Notes: generated by a model from the sequence alone, not told the origin. Numbered from the stretch's first letter, positions 10,422-20,630 are shown. The stretch is 64,000 nucleotides of DNA from a virus (IMGVR_UViG_3300037400_002732:32001-96000); one strand, 5' to 3'. Program-made: numbers and translations.

Positions 10422-10601
10422 TTAGGCAAACGGCATGGAACTCAGTTCTTGCGCATTATCCTCTTCATCGTCCACCTTGTTCAAGGCGTTGAACTTCTCG
10501 ATGCAGTAGTTCAGCAGTTCCTTGAATTCCGGGAAGAACATCTGGTCGCAATCGCGGCAAGTGTTGCTTGTCATATCGGACACAAGACACTTGCAGCGCA
10601 T
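10422..10601 (-). CDS. small gp51-like baseplate/tail assembly protein (59 aa, absent from ORF track)
   Basis: Manual translation MRCKCLVSDMTSNTCRDCDQMFFPEFKELLNYCIEKFNALNKVDDEEDNAQELSSMPFA; sits between gp26-like and tape-measure-like genes and is followed by a terminator. Confidence 0.6.
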   Translation of the reverse strand: MRCKCLVSDMTSNTCRDCDQMFFPEFKELLNYCIEKFNALNKVDDEEDNAQELSSMPFA

Positions 10602-10614
10602 CAGCTCCCTATAA

Positions 10615-12150
10615 TCATAGACCGGAAATATAGTAGTCGAGACGAAAGGGATAAGGAATCACGACCTCCTTCTTACAGAACGGACAGATTACCTTGGCAG
10701 TAATATCCGTGGTCAAGGATGCTCCTTCGACTTCTTCGAGGAACTTCTTTGCCGCACTGTAATTGAGGTTGCCGATATAGTTGAGCTTTTCGATCGTGGT
10801 CTCCAAGCCCTCGATTTCAACTACCACTGCGGAGTGAAGGATAATCTGCATTTCCAGCGGCATTTCCTTACCCATTTCCTTGCGGTACTGTTCAAGAGTC
10901 TGATTGACCTCGTCCTCGTGAAAACGACGGCGCAAGTACACGTCACAACGACGGTTGTCTTCCATGTAGAACGTGTAGTAGCCATTGGCGGAATGCTTTG
11001 CCACGATCTGCTGCAAGTCACCCTTTATCTTGAAGTCAAGGTTGTTGAAACGGATCTCCAGCTTTTCGTAATCAGCTGGCGTTTTCGCAACATGATTACA
11101 TTTTGGGCACGTATAAGGCGTCCACTTGTCTGGATTAGGCGGAACATACGGAAGCTTGTCGTCAATCGTAGATGCCCTAAGCCAGTGCATTAGATAGGAT
11201 TCATCGCACTGAAGAATACTATCCGCATCGAATCCGTCAGTAAACCCACCGCGCAATCGACGTTCGAACAAAGTATTGATTGTCGAAGTCACGTTGGCTG
11301 AATCAAGGTTATTCAGCATAAGAATATCCATGAACGTCAACGCTTGTCCGAACAACGGTTCGTCATACAACAAGCCTTCCGACGGAAGACCACGAATGTC
11401 GCCGAAGTTGGTAACTTCGTTATTGTTGAACGAGTATTGAGACTTCCTGGGCGAGTCTGCAGTTTTTTGACGAGGAGTCTCAATAACTTCTTGTTGTTCT
11501 GGTTGAGGTTCTAGCTGAGGTTCTGGTTGCGGTTCCGGCTGTTGGGCTTGCGACTCGTACTTGGGGAAACGATTGTTCGCAAACTCACCCATTCCATAGA
11601 CTTTCGGCCTCTGGGGAACTTGTTTAGGAACGGTTGGCTGGATTGGTTCTTCTACCGTTTCAAGCGATTCGGCAGAATTGACCGCATCGGAAAGTTCAAC
11701 CATGTCGTCCTCATCCGCATCCGGCGCAGCCATCATGGACTGCATGTATGAGTCATAACCTTGCTTTTTCATCGCTTGGTCATTGATAACATTGCGCGGA
11801 ACATTGGTGAGAACTGGCTGACGCTGTTCCACTTCGGCATCGTCATAGCTCACCGCTGCTGGCGGCTGTCGAACATTCTGAACTGCCGTTGGTGCAGTCG
11901 TCGTAGCAAACTTGACTACCCTAGACCCCTTCGGAACACGCTGTTTAACCATGCCTTGCTTAGCTTGCATAGCCATCGCAGCTTGGTGCAACTTTGCGTT
12001 GTTCTCTCGCATAATTACGGCTGGGTCACGGTCGATGGCAAGGTCATGATTCTTCGCCATCATCGACTTTGCGCTATTGATGAACATGCGAGTCTGTTCA
12101 TCGTACTCAGGCTCACTGTTCGCTGGCTGGACATATTCTCTCTTCGCCAT
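10615..12150 (-). CDS. baseplate hub assembly chaperone (gp26-like) with long disordered N-terminus
   Basis: LPSEG..Y, D..YLMHWLRAST, CPKC and CPFC zinc knuckles; about 245 aa Q/P/E-rich N-terminal extension. Confidence 0.7.
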   Translation of the reverse strand: MAKREYVQPANSEPEYDEQTRMFINSAKSMMAKNHDLAIDRDPAVIMRENNAKLHQAAMAMQAKQGMVKQRVPKGSRVVKFATTTAPTAVQNVRQPPAAVSYDDAEVEQRQPVLTNVPRNVINDQAMKKQGYDSYMQSMMAAPDADEDDMVELSDAVNSAESLETVEEPIQPTVPKQVPQRPKVYGMGEFANNRFPKYESQAQQPEPQPEPQLEPQPEQQEVIETPRQKTADSPRKSQYSFNNNEVTNFGDIRGLPSEGLLYDEPLFGQALTFMDILMLNNLDSANVTSTINTLFERRLRGGFTDGFDADSILQCDESYLMHWLRASTIDDKLPYVPPNPDKWTPYTCPKCNHVAKTPADYEKLEIRFNNLDFKIKGDLQQIVAKHSANGYYTFYMEDNRRCDVYLRRRFHEDEVNQTLEQYRKEMGKEMPLEMQIILHSAVVVEIEGLETTIEKLNYIGNLNYSAAKKFLEEVEGASLTTDITAKVICPFCKKEVVIPYPFRLDYYISGL

Positions 12151-12409
12151 TTTCTACCTCGTCTGGCGGCGAATTATCTTCCGCAATTTGGAAGATGTAT
12201 CGCTGCCCTTTGTATTTCTTGTCGTTGGCAAGCAAAAGCTCGACGGTCTCGCCGCCGTTACTCTTGTTCATGCCTTCCGCTATCTTAGCGGCAGTTTCGT
12301 AGTCGCCGTAACTGGGTCGGATGAAAAAAGGAGACGCTACGTCCAAATTTTCGTAGCTAGCCTCCTTTCCCAAGCTCAGAACGTCGTACTTGACAACCCA
12401 AAAGCTCAT
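12113..12409 (-). CDS. hypothetical protein
   Basis: 98-aa ORF overlapping both neighbours in an operon. Confidence 0.6.
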   Translation of the reverse strand: MSFWVVKYDVLSLGKEASYENLDVASPFFIRPSYGDYETAAKIAEGMNKSNGGETVELLLANDKKYKGQRYIFQIAEDNSPPDEVENGEERICPASEQ

Positions 12410-13833
12410 TTAGTTTCCTCGGCCTTCTCCTTTTCAGGGTTAGCCTTTTTCTTTTTGTTTTCCTTTGCCTTCTTGGCTTCAGCCTTCATCGCTTCCTCTT
12501 CGGCCTTCTGCTTTTCAAGTTCTTCCTTGAGGTGAGCAGCGTATGCGTCAGAAAGCGTACGGCCAAGCATTGCATGGAAGAATCCGCCAAGAATCTGTTC
12601 GGAACCGATAGTCTTCTGGTTCAACAGTTCGCGCTGCTTCTTGTAGGCTTCGTCCCAGTTAACGCAAATGCGCCAACGTTCGATCAAGTTTAGCAAAGTT
12701 TCCGGAGGATCGTTCGGGCTAAATGTGAGGCCAGAAGCGACACAGATATGGTTGGCTGCGGTGTAGCCAGCATCCTTGACGCCAGCTATGGTGACGGCAC
12801 CTTCAGCAATGGCGAGAATGTTGTCCGTATCGGCATTGGCGAGTTCATACGGATCGTCTTGGATATTTTCCGGGACAGTGGTAATGACAAAGTCATAGCC
12901 AACGTCGCGTTCGATAGCCATGTTGCCAGCGAAGTTGTTGAAGTCAACTTGAGCACTAGCCCAGTGCTGGATCGTAGTCACTTCCGGTTCCTTGCCGTCC
13001 GGAGTCTGCTGCATCTTTTCATACAACGGCTTCGCAAGTTCGCCGACGGAGCAAATCGTAATCTTGTATTCCTTGGAAACTTCGAACACGCCCTTCTTGT
13101 AAAGGATGAAGTTTTGCACGTTCTTCGGAATGGTCGTGCCCTTGATCAAAATCTTGGGACGGCGGATGCTCGTCGAATAGCGGCTTGCGCGTTCATTCAC
13201 GCGGTAAAGAGGGTACATCGTGTTGTTCACGAATGTATTGATTACCACCACATCCTTGTCTTCCGGAATTAGGTTCACCTTCTTGAGCGTAACCATCATG
13301 CTTGTGTTCGGCACGACAATTTCGTCGGCAATGATCATGGCATCTTCGACCATGCGAACGGTGAACATGTTCACTTGACGGCCAGCCGGAGCATGCCACA
13401 CGAATTCATCCAAGGCATAGATGACGCGGAGCTTCAAGTTACGCATGATCTGACGCTGCTTGGCTTCGGCTTCAAGTGATTCTTCGGTAGCGTCTGCTGG
13501 AATTTCCATAGGGCCGCCGCACACTTGGTTTTCAAGTTCTTGGATCTTGTCGCCGATGGTGTGAATGAACTTGGCGTTGATGACGTTGTCGATCCAGAGT
13601 ACATTGTACTTGGTCAAGTCCGGTTCCTCGCGCAAGAAACCAGTACTGTTCATCGTCGTCACGGACACGTCAGCAAACGTGCTGTAAGCGTTCTTGAAAT
13701 ACTCCATGGCAGTCGCGCCACGCAACGGAGATAGGCGAGAATTGCCGTCCGACACAAAAAGAATATGGAACTCCAGCTGCTTTTTCTGGAATGTTGCCTT
13801 GATGCCTTCGTCAATCTGTTTTTGGAAATCCAT
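12406..13833 (-). CDS. glycosyltransferase-like protein (GT-B fold, divergent)
   Basis: ILFVSDGNS..SPLR, VIYALDEFVW, ADEIVVPN..M, VVVINTFV resemble the N-terminal lobe of GT-B enzymes. Confidence 0.45.
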   Translation of the reverse strand: MDFQKQIDEGIKATFQKKQLEFHILFVSDGNSRLSPLRGATAMEYFKNAYSTFADVSVTTMNSTGFLREEPDLTKYNVLWIDNVINAKFIHTIGDKIQELENQVCGGPMEIPADATEESLEAEAKQRQIMRNLKLRVIYALDEFVWHAPAGRQVNMFTVRMVEDAMIIADEIVVPNTSMMVTLKKVNLIPEDKDVVVINTFVNNTMYPLYRVNERASRYSTSIRRPKILIKGTTIPKNVQNFILYKKGVFEVSKEYKITICSVGELAKPLYEKMQQTPDGKEPEVTTIQHWASAQVDFNNFAGNMAIERDVGYDFVITTVPENIQDDPYELANADTDNILAIAEGAVTIAGVKDAGYTAANHICVASGLTFSPNDPPETLLNLIERWRICVNWDEAYKKQRELLNQKTIGSEQILGGFFHAMLGRTLSDAYAAHLKEELEKQKAEEEAMKAEAKKAKENKKKKANPEKEKAEETK

Positions 13834-13870
13834 GAGAAATCCTTAATGAATGTTCACTTTTAAACGTAAA

Positions 13871-14980
13871 TTACTTTATTTTCGAGTTGTATTCTTTGAT
13901 GTAATTCAAAGTCACAGTTCTCGCGTCTTCACCGGAAGCAAGTTCCGGCAAAATTTCTGGGTGCTTGTCAAGATACATGGCCGCCATTCCCAGTGCGTCA
14001 GTGGTCAAGAGCTGTCTTGCCTCTTCCTCGGTCTTAGGCGCATCAGTATCTTCGGTCTCGGTAGGATCTTCGCCAACCGTCACCGTCTCGATATAAATCG
14101 GATGCAGCGACACAAGCTGGCCCTTCAGCTTGGCGGCCTCGTCATAGCTACGCCCATTGTCGGTAAAATACTTGACAATCTTGTTTGACAAATCACCAAC
14201 CGTATCAAGCTCGGTGTCCTTGACTTCGATAAATTCCGGAGAAATATTGTTCTCAACAAACTCGACAGTCTCAGTATCGGTGTCAAAGATATGGTAGCCA
14301 GCCTTGACGCCAACATGGCCGAAACTCATCTGGTAAGGAGTACCCACATAGTAAATTGAGTTGGTGCCGTCGCTGATTTCGGACTTACAATGGTAGTGTC
14401 CGCTAAAGGTCACCTTGGCCGCATTGAGGAAGTGCTTGGGATCGATACCAGCCTTCGATACGGTCTTGGCCTCCATCTGTGCGCCAATCATGTCAAAATG
14501 GCCCACGATTACATTCTGCTCGTTATTGCCACGTCCAGTCTTGATGAGCCAGTTCGTGACGTTCTGAATCTTGCTTTCTTGAATCCACGGAACAAAGAAC
14601 CACTTCTTGCCGCCGATCTTTTCCATGCCTACGCTTTCGATATAGACGGTCACGTTGGGCAAGTTCTCGAAGTATCGGATCTGGCAAATCTCGGAGCTGT
14701 TGTCGAACAGCATGTCATGGTTTCCTGCGATTACACGGCAGTTAAACTTTGCCAGACGGTCACGGAACATCATGTAGGCGTAGTGAAGAACTTCGCATGA
14801 AATTGCCGCACGGACTTCGAAGATATCGCCAAGGAATACCAAGTCGGTAATGCCCCTAGACTCGAAATCTTGAATCATCGATTCAATCAAGTCATGCTGG
14901 CCCTTAGTGACAGCATGGGTGATGCCGGACTTAGTGCTAGTAAATCCAAGGTGCAAGTCGCCTATAATTCCAATTTTCAT
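13871..14980 (-). CDS. gp47: recombination endonuclease subunit (gp47/Mre11/SbcD)
   Basis: Phosphoesterase motifs GDLHLG, LGDIFE, AGNHD, GHF, SGHYH, YVGTPYQ. Confidence 0.92.
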   Translation of the reverse strand: MKIGIIGDLHLGFTSTKSGITHAVTKGQHDLIESMIQDFESRGITDLVFLGDIFEVRAAISCEVLHYAYMMFRDRLAKFNCRVIAGNHDMLFDNSSEICQIRYFENLPNVTVYIESVGMEKIGGKKWFFVPWIQESKIQNVTNWLIKTGRGNNEQNVIVGHFDMIGAQMEAKTVSKAGIDPKHFLNAAKVTFSGHYHCKSEISDGTNSIYYVGTPYQMSFGHVGVKAGYHIFDTDTETVEFVENNISPEFIEVKDTELDTVGDLSNKIVKYFTDNGRSYDEAAKLKGQLVSLHPIYIETVTVGEDPTETEDTDAPKTEEEARQLLTTDALGMAAMYLDKHPEILPELASGEDARTVTLNYIKEYNSKIK

Positions 14981-15684
14981 TATTCTTCCTTATGTTCTAT
15001 CTGCTTCGTTTCGTCCATGCCGATGCGGCGCAGCTTCTCGCGCTCTTCCACCTCGGCCTTTACCGTATCGACAATGTCGGCTTCGTTCTGCTTAGTCCAA
15101 GCGGCAATAATCTTATTGGCTTGATCTGGGCTGAAATCGAATTCTTGCTCGTTCGCGTCGAGTTCACCAGACTGGATCTTCTTAGCGATGTCGAGGTCAT
15201 TCTCTTGACGGAATTCCTTCGTCATCTTATTCAAGTCGGCAAGAGACTTGGTCATGGTAGAGATCATGCTGGCGACAGCCGCCCACATCTTGTCATTCGT
15301 ATCAGCTTGGCACTTGAGCTGGCTGTACATATCATTTAGTAAATCTCGACCCATGTCATAAAGTTCATGTGCCTCTGCACGTATCCTAGCACGGTCTTTT
15401 CGAAGAACGTCGTCGGTAATGTCCTCGGCATCGATGAAATCAATGCCGGACTGCTTTACTTTCACCAGCTTCGCTTGAGCAGTCAACGCCTTGGTACGAT
15501 TGATCAAATCTTGAGACTGCGTCAGAGCGTCTTGTGTGGAACCGATCGGCAAATTAAGAGCTTGCTCAAGCTCGCCGAATACATTTTCGTCACGCTTCGA
15601 CTGCTTCGGCTTGTCGAAATTCAGCAAGTCATCGATAGCGTCGTCGTGCTCATCATCAATAAAATTTGTAGTAGAGTCTGCCAT
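14980..15684 (-). CDS. putative terminase small subunit (gp16-like)
   Basis: Helical core D.ARIR..AHELY...DKMWAAVASMISTMTKSLADLNK resembles T4 gp16. Confidence 0.5.
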   Translation of the reverse strand: MADSTTNFIDDEHDDAIDDLLNFDKPKQSKRDENVFGELEQALNLPIGSTQDALTQSQDLINRTKALTAQAKLVKVKQSGIDFIDAEDITDDVLRKDRARIRAEAHELYDMGRDLLNDMYSQLKCQADTNDKMWAAVASMISTMTKSLADLNKMTKEFRQENDLDIAKKIQSGELDANEQEFDFSPDQANKIIAAWTKQNEADIVDTVKAEVEEREKLRRIGMDETKQIEHKEE

Positions 15685-15704
15685 ATACGTAAAATTACCT
15701 TAGA

Positions 15705-16229
15705 TTACACATTGGTAACCATGATGCCATGATCCTTGCAATACTGGGCTGCCTTTACCAACGTACCCACCCTCATCGAATAACTCGCTATATTATCGCG
15801 GCACTGTTTCAAAAACTCGACATAGAGTGCTTGCTTGTTCATGTTCTGCTTCAACTCCGCTATGTTCAGTCTGACACGTTCACCGTCCTTAAAGTCGTTG
15901 GGCGAATCCCAGCCGCCATCAACCATGATTTCGGTCTCCTTGGCGTTAGTCGTCCATCCTATGTGGCTAGTTTTGAGGTCTTCCAACACTTCCCTTCGGC
16001 GTACGTTGTAAGCGGTAGTCAAACGTTCCAACTTGCACGATTCTTGGAAAATAAGAGCGTTGATCTGGGCAGCAGCCTCGCCCATGTTATAGGCGGCATT
16101 ATTGATCATCTTCTCAAAGTCGGGAGTTCCGTCTTCCTTCGTACTATCCAAATAAAAGGACATGAAGTCACGAATTTGCTTGATCTTTGGATTCGTTATT
16201 TCTTTCGCCAGCTTATCGTCTTTAATCAT
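15705..16229 (-). CDS. uvsY: recombination mediator UvsY-like
   Basis: Coiled-coil with KETEIMVDG...YVEFLKQCRDNI.SYS; preceded by the replication-class promoter. Confidence 0.6.
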   Translation of the reverse strand: MIKDDKLAKEITNPKIKQIRDFMSFYLDSTKEDGTPDFEKMINNAAYNMGEAAAQINALIFQESCKLERLTTAYNVRRREVLEDLKTSHIGWTTNAKETEIMVDGGWDSPNDFKDGERVRLNIAELKQNMNKQALYVEFLKQCRDNIASYSMRVGTLVKAAQYCKDHGIMVTNV

Positions 16230-16251
16230 ACAGTTACCCCGATTCGACGAA

Positions 16252-16281
16252 AATATAGTTTAGAACGGTTTGAATTTCAAA
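16252..16281 (-). promoter_or_regulatory. sigma70-type early/middle promoter
   Basis: TTGAAA-ttcaaaccgttctaaac(17 nt)-TATATT upstream of uvsY-like gene. Confidence 0.7.
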
Positions 16282-16287
16282 TACGAG

Positions 16288-16313
16288 AAAACGGCTCCAA
16301 AATGGAGCCGTTT
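16288..16313 (-). terminator. terminator after tail tube gene
   Basis: AAACGGCTCCA-AAA-TGGAGCCGTTT inverted repeat. Confidence 0.7.
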
Positions 16314-16336
16314 CCAATTTTTTACCCTTCTGAGGC

Positions 16337-17053
16337 TTAGATGACCTTATATCCAGGTGGGATGAACAGGTTGAATCTGTCGTAACGGAACTTGACAGAG
16401 AACGTGCCGAGCTTGGCAGTTTCATAGTCAAGGCCGAACTGAGAAGCGTCAACTTGCTTCGGCCACGCATTGACGAGCAACACGGACAGAGTCACGTTAC
16501 CGTACATCCAGTCGTACAATTCCAAGCGGATAGAGGCGTTACGCATCAATCCGGCGTAGGTATTGTTGTGGTTTTCTTGCTGACCGAGGCCAAGATAAAT
16601 CTTGTTATTACCTTCGTTAGCGGTACGGTCGGACTCATGGATAGCGTCGTTCGTACCAGTATTGGAAAGAATACCTTGGTTAAAGCAAGTCTGGTTCCAA
16701 GCCAGCATCATTTCGTAGGCCCTCATGTCTTCGAGGAGCAAGCACTTGATGTCCATTTCACCGGCAAGGCCGTCTTGCTGGACAGCAAACCACTTTTCGA
16801 AGCCCATGTAGTTAATCTTGGCGTCCTTGGTCTTGACGGCTGGGATTTTCGCTCCGCCTTGCACATGCAAAGCGAACTCGTCGTCACCGCCTTCAGTACC
16901 GAAGTGGACACCGTTGGTGCATTTCACGCCGACAAGCCTAAAGATGTCGGACGGAATCACCAAACGCCAACGGGTGCTACGTTGAGGATCAACAAGGTGG
17001 TCAATCGCACTGGCGTAGAACACCTTCTTCTTTTGTTCTTCACTAAGAGCCAT
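16337..17053 (-). CDS. gp19: tail tube protein (gp19-like)
   Basis: Directly after sheath; LVNAWPKQV...LDYE..LGTFSVKFRYD. Confidence 0.85.
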   Translation of the reverse strand: MALSEEQKKKVFYASAIDHLVDPQRSTRWRLVIPSDIFRLVGVKCTNGVHFGTEGGDDEFALHVQGGAKIPAVKTKDAKINYMGFEKWFAVQQDGLAGEMDIKCLLLEDMRAYEMMLAWNQTCFNQGILSNTGTNDAIHESDRTANEGNNKIYLGLGQQENHNNTYAGLMRNASIRLELYDWMYGNVTLSVLLVNAWPKQVDASQFGLDYETAKLGTFSVKFRYDRFNLFIPPGYKVI

Positions 17054-17067
17054 AAGTTAACCTCCTC

Positions 17068-20000
17068 TTATTCCTGTTCGAGCAACTCGGTTTTAATGGT
17101 CTTACCGTTCTTCGTAGATTCGACAGAGGTACGAAGAATGATCCAGCGAGTAGACTTCGGCGGCAAGAGCTTGAGATCGACGAACAAGAAGTTCTGTTCA
17201 ATCGTGTCCGGAGTATTGTTGGAATCATTACAGATTACCTTGCCATCAATCAAACCAGGAGGATTCTGACGCTTGATGTTGTTCAGCTTTTCCTGGAGGT
17301 CTGACGTGATCTGAGCACGTAAAACAGTGGTATTGAGCTTAAATACCTTGTGGTCGAGATACTTGTAGAAGATCTTGTGAATACCAGCAACCAACATCGT
17401 AACGTGGACTTGGTTAAAGGCCGTATCTTCCATCTGGAGAGTCCAGTCACCCCAAATGCGGATGCCGTCCTTGTTCACGCGAGTCGCGTTGACATGGATG
17501 TCAGAAAGCTTAGCATGGTCACAGTTCTTGTCTTCAGAGTTGTATGTACGAGTGAAGCGTTCCTTGGTTCCCCAGGCAGCCGGAACGTATGCTTCGTCAC
17601 CAGAAGGCGGAATCCACCAGATGCCACCTTGACGGTTAGCAGTGATGATAGCAGCCAACTGCACGGACTTCATAACGTCAACTTGGCTCTGCGTATAGAT
17701 GGAGTCGGTGAACACGCCACGACCGTCGTAGATAAAGCCCCAACGACCGAGAGACAGCTGTCCAGCACTAATCATCTTCTTCACAGCCTTATGGATATCC
17801 GGTTCATACACACCGTCGAACAAGCAGAAGCAGTCCTTACGAGATTCGCACACGTTGATCATGGCTTGCATGACTTGAGTATTCAAGGTTTCATACTTAC
17901 GAGTAAACGGACTGTTGATATCGACACCAGCAGCAACGAGCATATCAACGTCGGATGCGTCCTTGTTCACGAACAAGTTCCACACCGTCGAGAGAGTGCT
18001 TCCGCTGTTGTTGTTCTGAGGATCGTAAGTCCACACAGCGTCGTTCACGATAGCAGGGTCTTCGTCGTTGTAGGCGATGGCGGTGTAGCTACCATTGAGC
18101 ATACCGTTCTGAATTGTCTGGGACAAGTCATAGGAGTTGTTCTCAAGGAAGTAGTCAAGCACACCAGAATCGTTGATGACGAATTCCAGACCGCTGTTTT
18201 CAAGTTCGTATTCGGCAGCTTCGACAATGCTCAGCTGGCGACCGTTGTAGTTGTACGGAACCACAGTACCTTCAAATTCGTAGAGCTTGCCGTTGAAGCG
18301 GTAGCGAATCGACATGAACATACGGGCCACGACAATACCGTCGTCAGTCAGAGTAAACACTTGCATCGGGTTGCCGTCAAAGTTGATATCAACGTAACGG
18401 TTCTTTGCAAGGCCGAGAGCCATGAAGCTTGCACCAATTTCAGAATCAGCCAAGACAATCGGAGATTTTTCGATTTCTGCACTAAAGACGCTAGTATTTG
18501 CATCGATAAAATCAAGGTCAGATGAAATCACGCCGTTAGGCAAATTACTGTCACCAACTGTAGCTATACCTTGGTCAACTTTGCTGACATACAACGAGTA
18601 GCTGGATACGAAAATCAAGTCAGCGTAATCGTAGGTAGTCGTCGTAGTCACATTCGGCGTTACGGACGTATCAGTCGTCGTCTCGCTAAGGCTAGTCGGA
18701 ACCGCATACACCGTCGCATTGGTTGTAGTCAAATTCAGCAACTGATATACAGCAGTAGAAGCAACCGTTACATTTGCCGGATAGCTATCGCTGGTATCTA
18801 CCGTAATTTCACCAGACATCGGATTAATTGCAGTGATTTTATACGTCTGCTTCGTGTATGCCGAAGTAGCCTGTAATGCTATGTCAACCGAAGTAGCACC
18901 GCGCACAATCGCAACAATATCACCGATAGAGTAATCATACGCCGCGCTTGGATCAACCATAATCTTGCCGTTAACCATAATCTTGCCTTCGTTATGGTTA
19001 ATGTCGTTCAATACAGCAACACGGCTATATGCCTTAATGCGCTGAATAGCGTTTGCAACTTCGTTCGCAACGTAATTCCAATTATTTGCAGAATCGCTTG
19101 CGGTGGCAGTAACATCAGCAAGTTCAATCGTATCGGACTGGCAGAACTCATTGACATTAACAGACGTTAATTGATACGTTCCATTAGCCAATTCGACATT
19201 ACCAACAATTTCATTGCCAGACACACCAGTTACTTGTACTGGTTTGGTTTCACTACCAGAAATACTGATGCTAAGTATATCTCCAGGGACAATATAAGAA
19301 TCAGCAGAATTGATACCGGTTCCGTTGATAGTGATCTTGTTACTAGAAACAACACCCGTAATCGAACTCTGAGAAGCAGCCGATGCAGCAGTCTGTTCGA
19401 ACGGCACTTTATTTGCGACCAAACGAACATAGAACTCAGAGCCAGACTTATCGCGGAATGTAATCATAGCACCGTTGCGAACCACAGAATTCGGCTTAGT
19501 AGGATTACCCTTACCAAAGCGAAGCGCAGCTACATTCTTAACGCTATTACCAGCAACCGCAGTTTTGATATTCAAATAATCGAATCCATCTGCAATCGCA
19601 TTTTCAGCGTCATTGAACATGATTACGTCTGGCACATTAGGATCCGGATATTCTTTTTTATCCACAAGAATCGTAACCACATTGTCAACAACATCATCGA
19701 CCGTTGCCAGTACACTCACTGCGGACGTTCCAGAATTACCATAGATATTTTCTTTCTTGTCAGTTTTAGGTATGAACACCGTGTCACCGCTGGTAAACAA
19801 CGGCTTAGATGACAACGTACACTCAAACTTCCTATATCCTTCGGGTGCACCAGCCGGAGTTTGAATCCTAACCACGTCATAACGGTCATAAGCACGGTTA
19901 GCGTAGCTCGGATCGCGGTTCATGATAGCGAACATCACCATGTCAGTGCAATGCTTGTTGTCGAACAAACGAGAAGCCTTACTGTCAGCGAAAGTTTCGC

Positions 20001-20547
20001 TGGCATCAACGCCGAACTGAACGTTGTTGCCCATTTCAATCGTTTCGGCAATGTTGTTGATCTTACGTGTAACACCAAATTCGGCAGCACCGTCAGTCTT
20101 GAAACGAGTAGCAGCGAAGTGCTTCACGTTGAGAGACGTGGACGGAAGGCATTCACCAGTCTTTCTGTCAATGGCCGTATAAGTGTCGTACAAAGCTGCA
20201 TTCTTGTCGAACGCCACCACGAAGGCATCCGTTTTCAAGTCGCGCTTATAAGCGTCGGTGCGGCTGATTTCTTCGCCGTACGGGCGAACAAACTCGACCT
20301 CACCACCAGCGGTCAGCACTGCATTAGCAGCGTACATACCCTGGTTGTATTTGTAGCTCTGGTAGCCGTAACCCAGCTTGACACCAAGTTCGCCAGTATT
20401 AGACACCGGGATGATCTTGTTCAATTCACCCTTGGATGCGTAACCAACGATACCAGCGACAGTGTTCGGATTCTGAACCACCGTATAGGCGGAGTTATCC
20501 TTTAGCTGAATTCTCGTGCCTGGAGCATAACCCATTTTTGTTCCCAT
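17068..20547 (-). CDS. gp18: tail sheath protein (gp18-like) with large inserted domains
   Basis: N-terminal APGTRIQLKDNS..VAGIVGYASKG; C-terminal CESRKDCF, WWIPPSG, GIRIWGDWT, VICNDSNNTPDTI, LLPPKS. Confidence 0.92.
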   Translation of the reverse strand: MGTKMGYAPGTRIQLKDNSAYTVVQNPNTVAGIVGYASKGELNKIIPVSNTGELGVKLGYGYQSYKYNQGMYAANAVLTAGGEVEFVRPYGEEISRTDAYKRDLKTDAFVVAFDKNAALYDTYTAIDRKTGECLPSTSLNVKHFAATRFKTDGAAEFGVTRKINNIAETIEMGNNVQFGVDASETFADSKASRLFDNKHCTDMVMFAIMNRDPSYANRAYDRYDVVRIQTPAGAPEGYRKFECTLSSKPLFTSGDTVFIPKTDKKENIYGNSGTSAVSVLATVDDVVDNVVTILVDKKEYPDPNVPDVIMFNDAENAIADGFDYLNIKTAVAGNSVKNVAALRFGKGNPTKPNSVVRNGAMITFRDKSGSEFYVRLVANKVPFEQTAASAASQSSITGVVSSNKITINGTGINSADSYIVPGDILSISISGSETKPVQVTGVSGNEIVGNVELANGTYQLTSVNVNEFCQSDTIELADVTATASDSANNWNYVANEVANAIQRIKAYSRVAVLNDINHNEGKIMVNGKIMVDPSAAYDYSIGDIVAIVRGATSVDIALQATSAYTKQTYKITAINPMSGEITVDTSDSYPANVTVASTAVYQLLNLTTTNATVYAVPTSLSETTTDTSVTPNVTTTTTYDYADLIFVSSYSLYVSKVDQGIATVGDSNLPNGVISSDLDFIDANTSVFSAEIEKSPIVLADSEIGASFMALGLAKNRYVDINFDGNPMQVFTLTDDGIVVARMFMSIRYRFNGKLYEFEGTVVPYNYNGRQLSIVEAAEYELENSGLEFVINDSGVLDYFLENNSYDLSQTIQNGMLNGSYTAIAYNDEDPAIVNDAVWTYDPQNNNSGSTLSTVWNLFVNKDASDVDMLVAAGVDINSPFTRKYETLNTQVMQAMINVCESRKDCFCLFDGVYEPDIHKAVKKMISAGQLSLGRWGFIYDGRGVFTDSIYTQSQVDVMKSVQLAAIITANRQGGIWWIPPSGDEAYVPAAWGTKERFTRTYNSEDKNCDHAKLSDIHVNATRVNKDGIRIWGDWTLQMEDTAFNQVHVTMLVAGIHKIFYKYLDHKVFKLNTTVLRAQITSDLQEKLNNIKRQNPPGLIDGKVICNDSNNTPDTIEQNFLFVDLKLLPPKSTRWIILRTSVESTKNGKTIKTELLEQE

Positions 20548-20581
20548 AGATTGATCCTCATGGTACGTTCATTTTGATTCA

Positions 20582-20630
20582 AGTTTATGCCATGGTCACG
20601 ATTTTTTCTCCGACACGGTTCCGATAAACT
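20582..20630. promoter_or_regulatory. divergent pair of ATAAACT putative late promoters
   Basis: AGTTTAT at 20582-20588 (faces sheath) and ATAAACT at 20624-20630 (faces ORF 20655). Confidence 0.7.
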
